From the NCBI RefSeq assembly GCF_009914755.1, contig NC_060930.1: 64,000 nt of DNA; one strand, given 5' to 3'. How positions within the stretch are numbered: position 1 is the first letter of the stretch; the number at the start of each line of letters is the position of its first letter. Below the pieces are notes generated by a model. That model had not been told where the DNA came from, ran no database searches, and saw only the letters and a list, made by a program, of their open reading frames with translations. Source of the stretch: the human T2T-CHM13v2.0 reference genome, Homo sapiens. The position numbers and the translations under genes were made by a program. Below, one piece after another: positions 63,421-64,000 of this stretch.

Positions 63421-64000
63421 AAGTATTTCACTTCCTTGGTTAGGTTTATTCCTATGCATTTTATTCTTTTTTTACATTATTGTAAATGGGATTGTTTTCT
63501 TAATTTCCTTTTTGGATTTTTGTGTCCTGTAACTTTACTGAATTCATTGTGTTCTAACAGTTCTTTTGTGGAATCTTTAGAGTTTTCTACATATGAAATC
63601 ATGTCACTTGTATACAGAAATAACTTCTTTCTTTCTGGTTTGGATTCCTTTGATTTCTTTTTGTTGTCTAATTTCTTTGGCTAGGAAGTCTAGTCCTTTC
63701 AGGAGTACAAGTGATGAGAGTGGTTATTCTTATCTTGTTCCTGATCTTAGAGAAGATTCTTTATCTTAGAGAAGATTCTATTCTTGTCTTGTTCCTGATC
63801 TTAGAGAAAAAGCTTTCACATTTTCACTGTTGATTATGATGTTAGCTGTGGCATAGTCACATTTTGTCTTTATTATATTGATGTATATTTTTTCTGTACC
63901 TAGTTTATTGAGCATTTTCATTACAGAAAGGTATAAAATGTTCCCAACTTTTATCCTTCATTCTGTTTAATATTGTTAAAATGTCTATACCACGCAAAGT
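63421..64000 (-). mobile_element. Old L1 (L1M/PB-like) ORF2 fragment, runs off the window
   Basis: ggtttattcctatgcattttattc...ctgtaactttactgaattc...tcttgttcctgatcttagag...gatgttagctgtgg. Confidence 0.85.

Overview
AT-rich, repeat-dense primate DNA (human or great-ape-like, judged from AluY, L1PA2/3 and HERV-H content), intergenic or deep intronic. I found no host protein-coding exon; the long ORFs in the track are retroelement relics. Main contents: five young or medium L1PA insertions with unusual structures (twin-priming inversions, a 3' transduction, internal deletions, templated junctions), older L1s, ten Alus, an RPS17 processed pseudogene split by an L1, a ~380-bp tandem duplication, a MADE1 MITE, nested Tigger DNA transposons, THE1/MST/ERVL LTRs and a 5.8-kb HERV-H provirus. 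Best leads: (i) a Tigger13a-like element that still carries a recognisable pogo/Tigger DDE transposase fossil; (ii) a HERV-H that lost pro/RT/RNase H but keeps a colinear 584-codon env broken only by five point stops; (iii) neighbouring L1s sharing non-consensus variants in a mosaic pattern suggestive of gene conversion. I see no convincing evidence of a wholly new functional system. Subfamily calls come from remembered consensus features, not from alignments.
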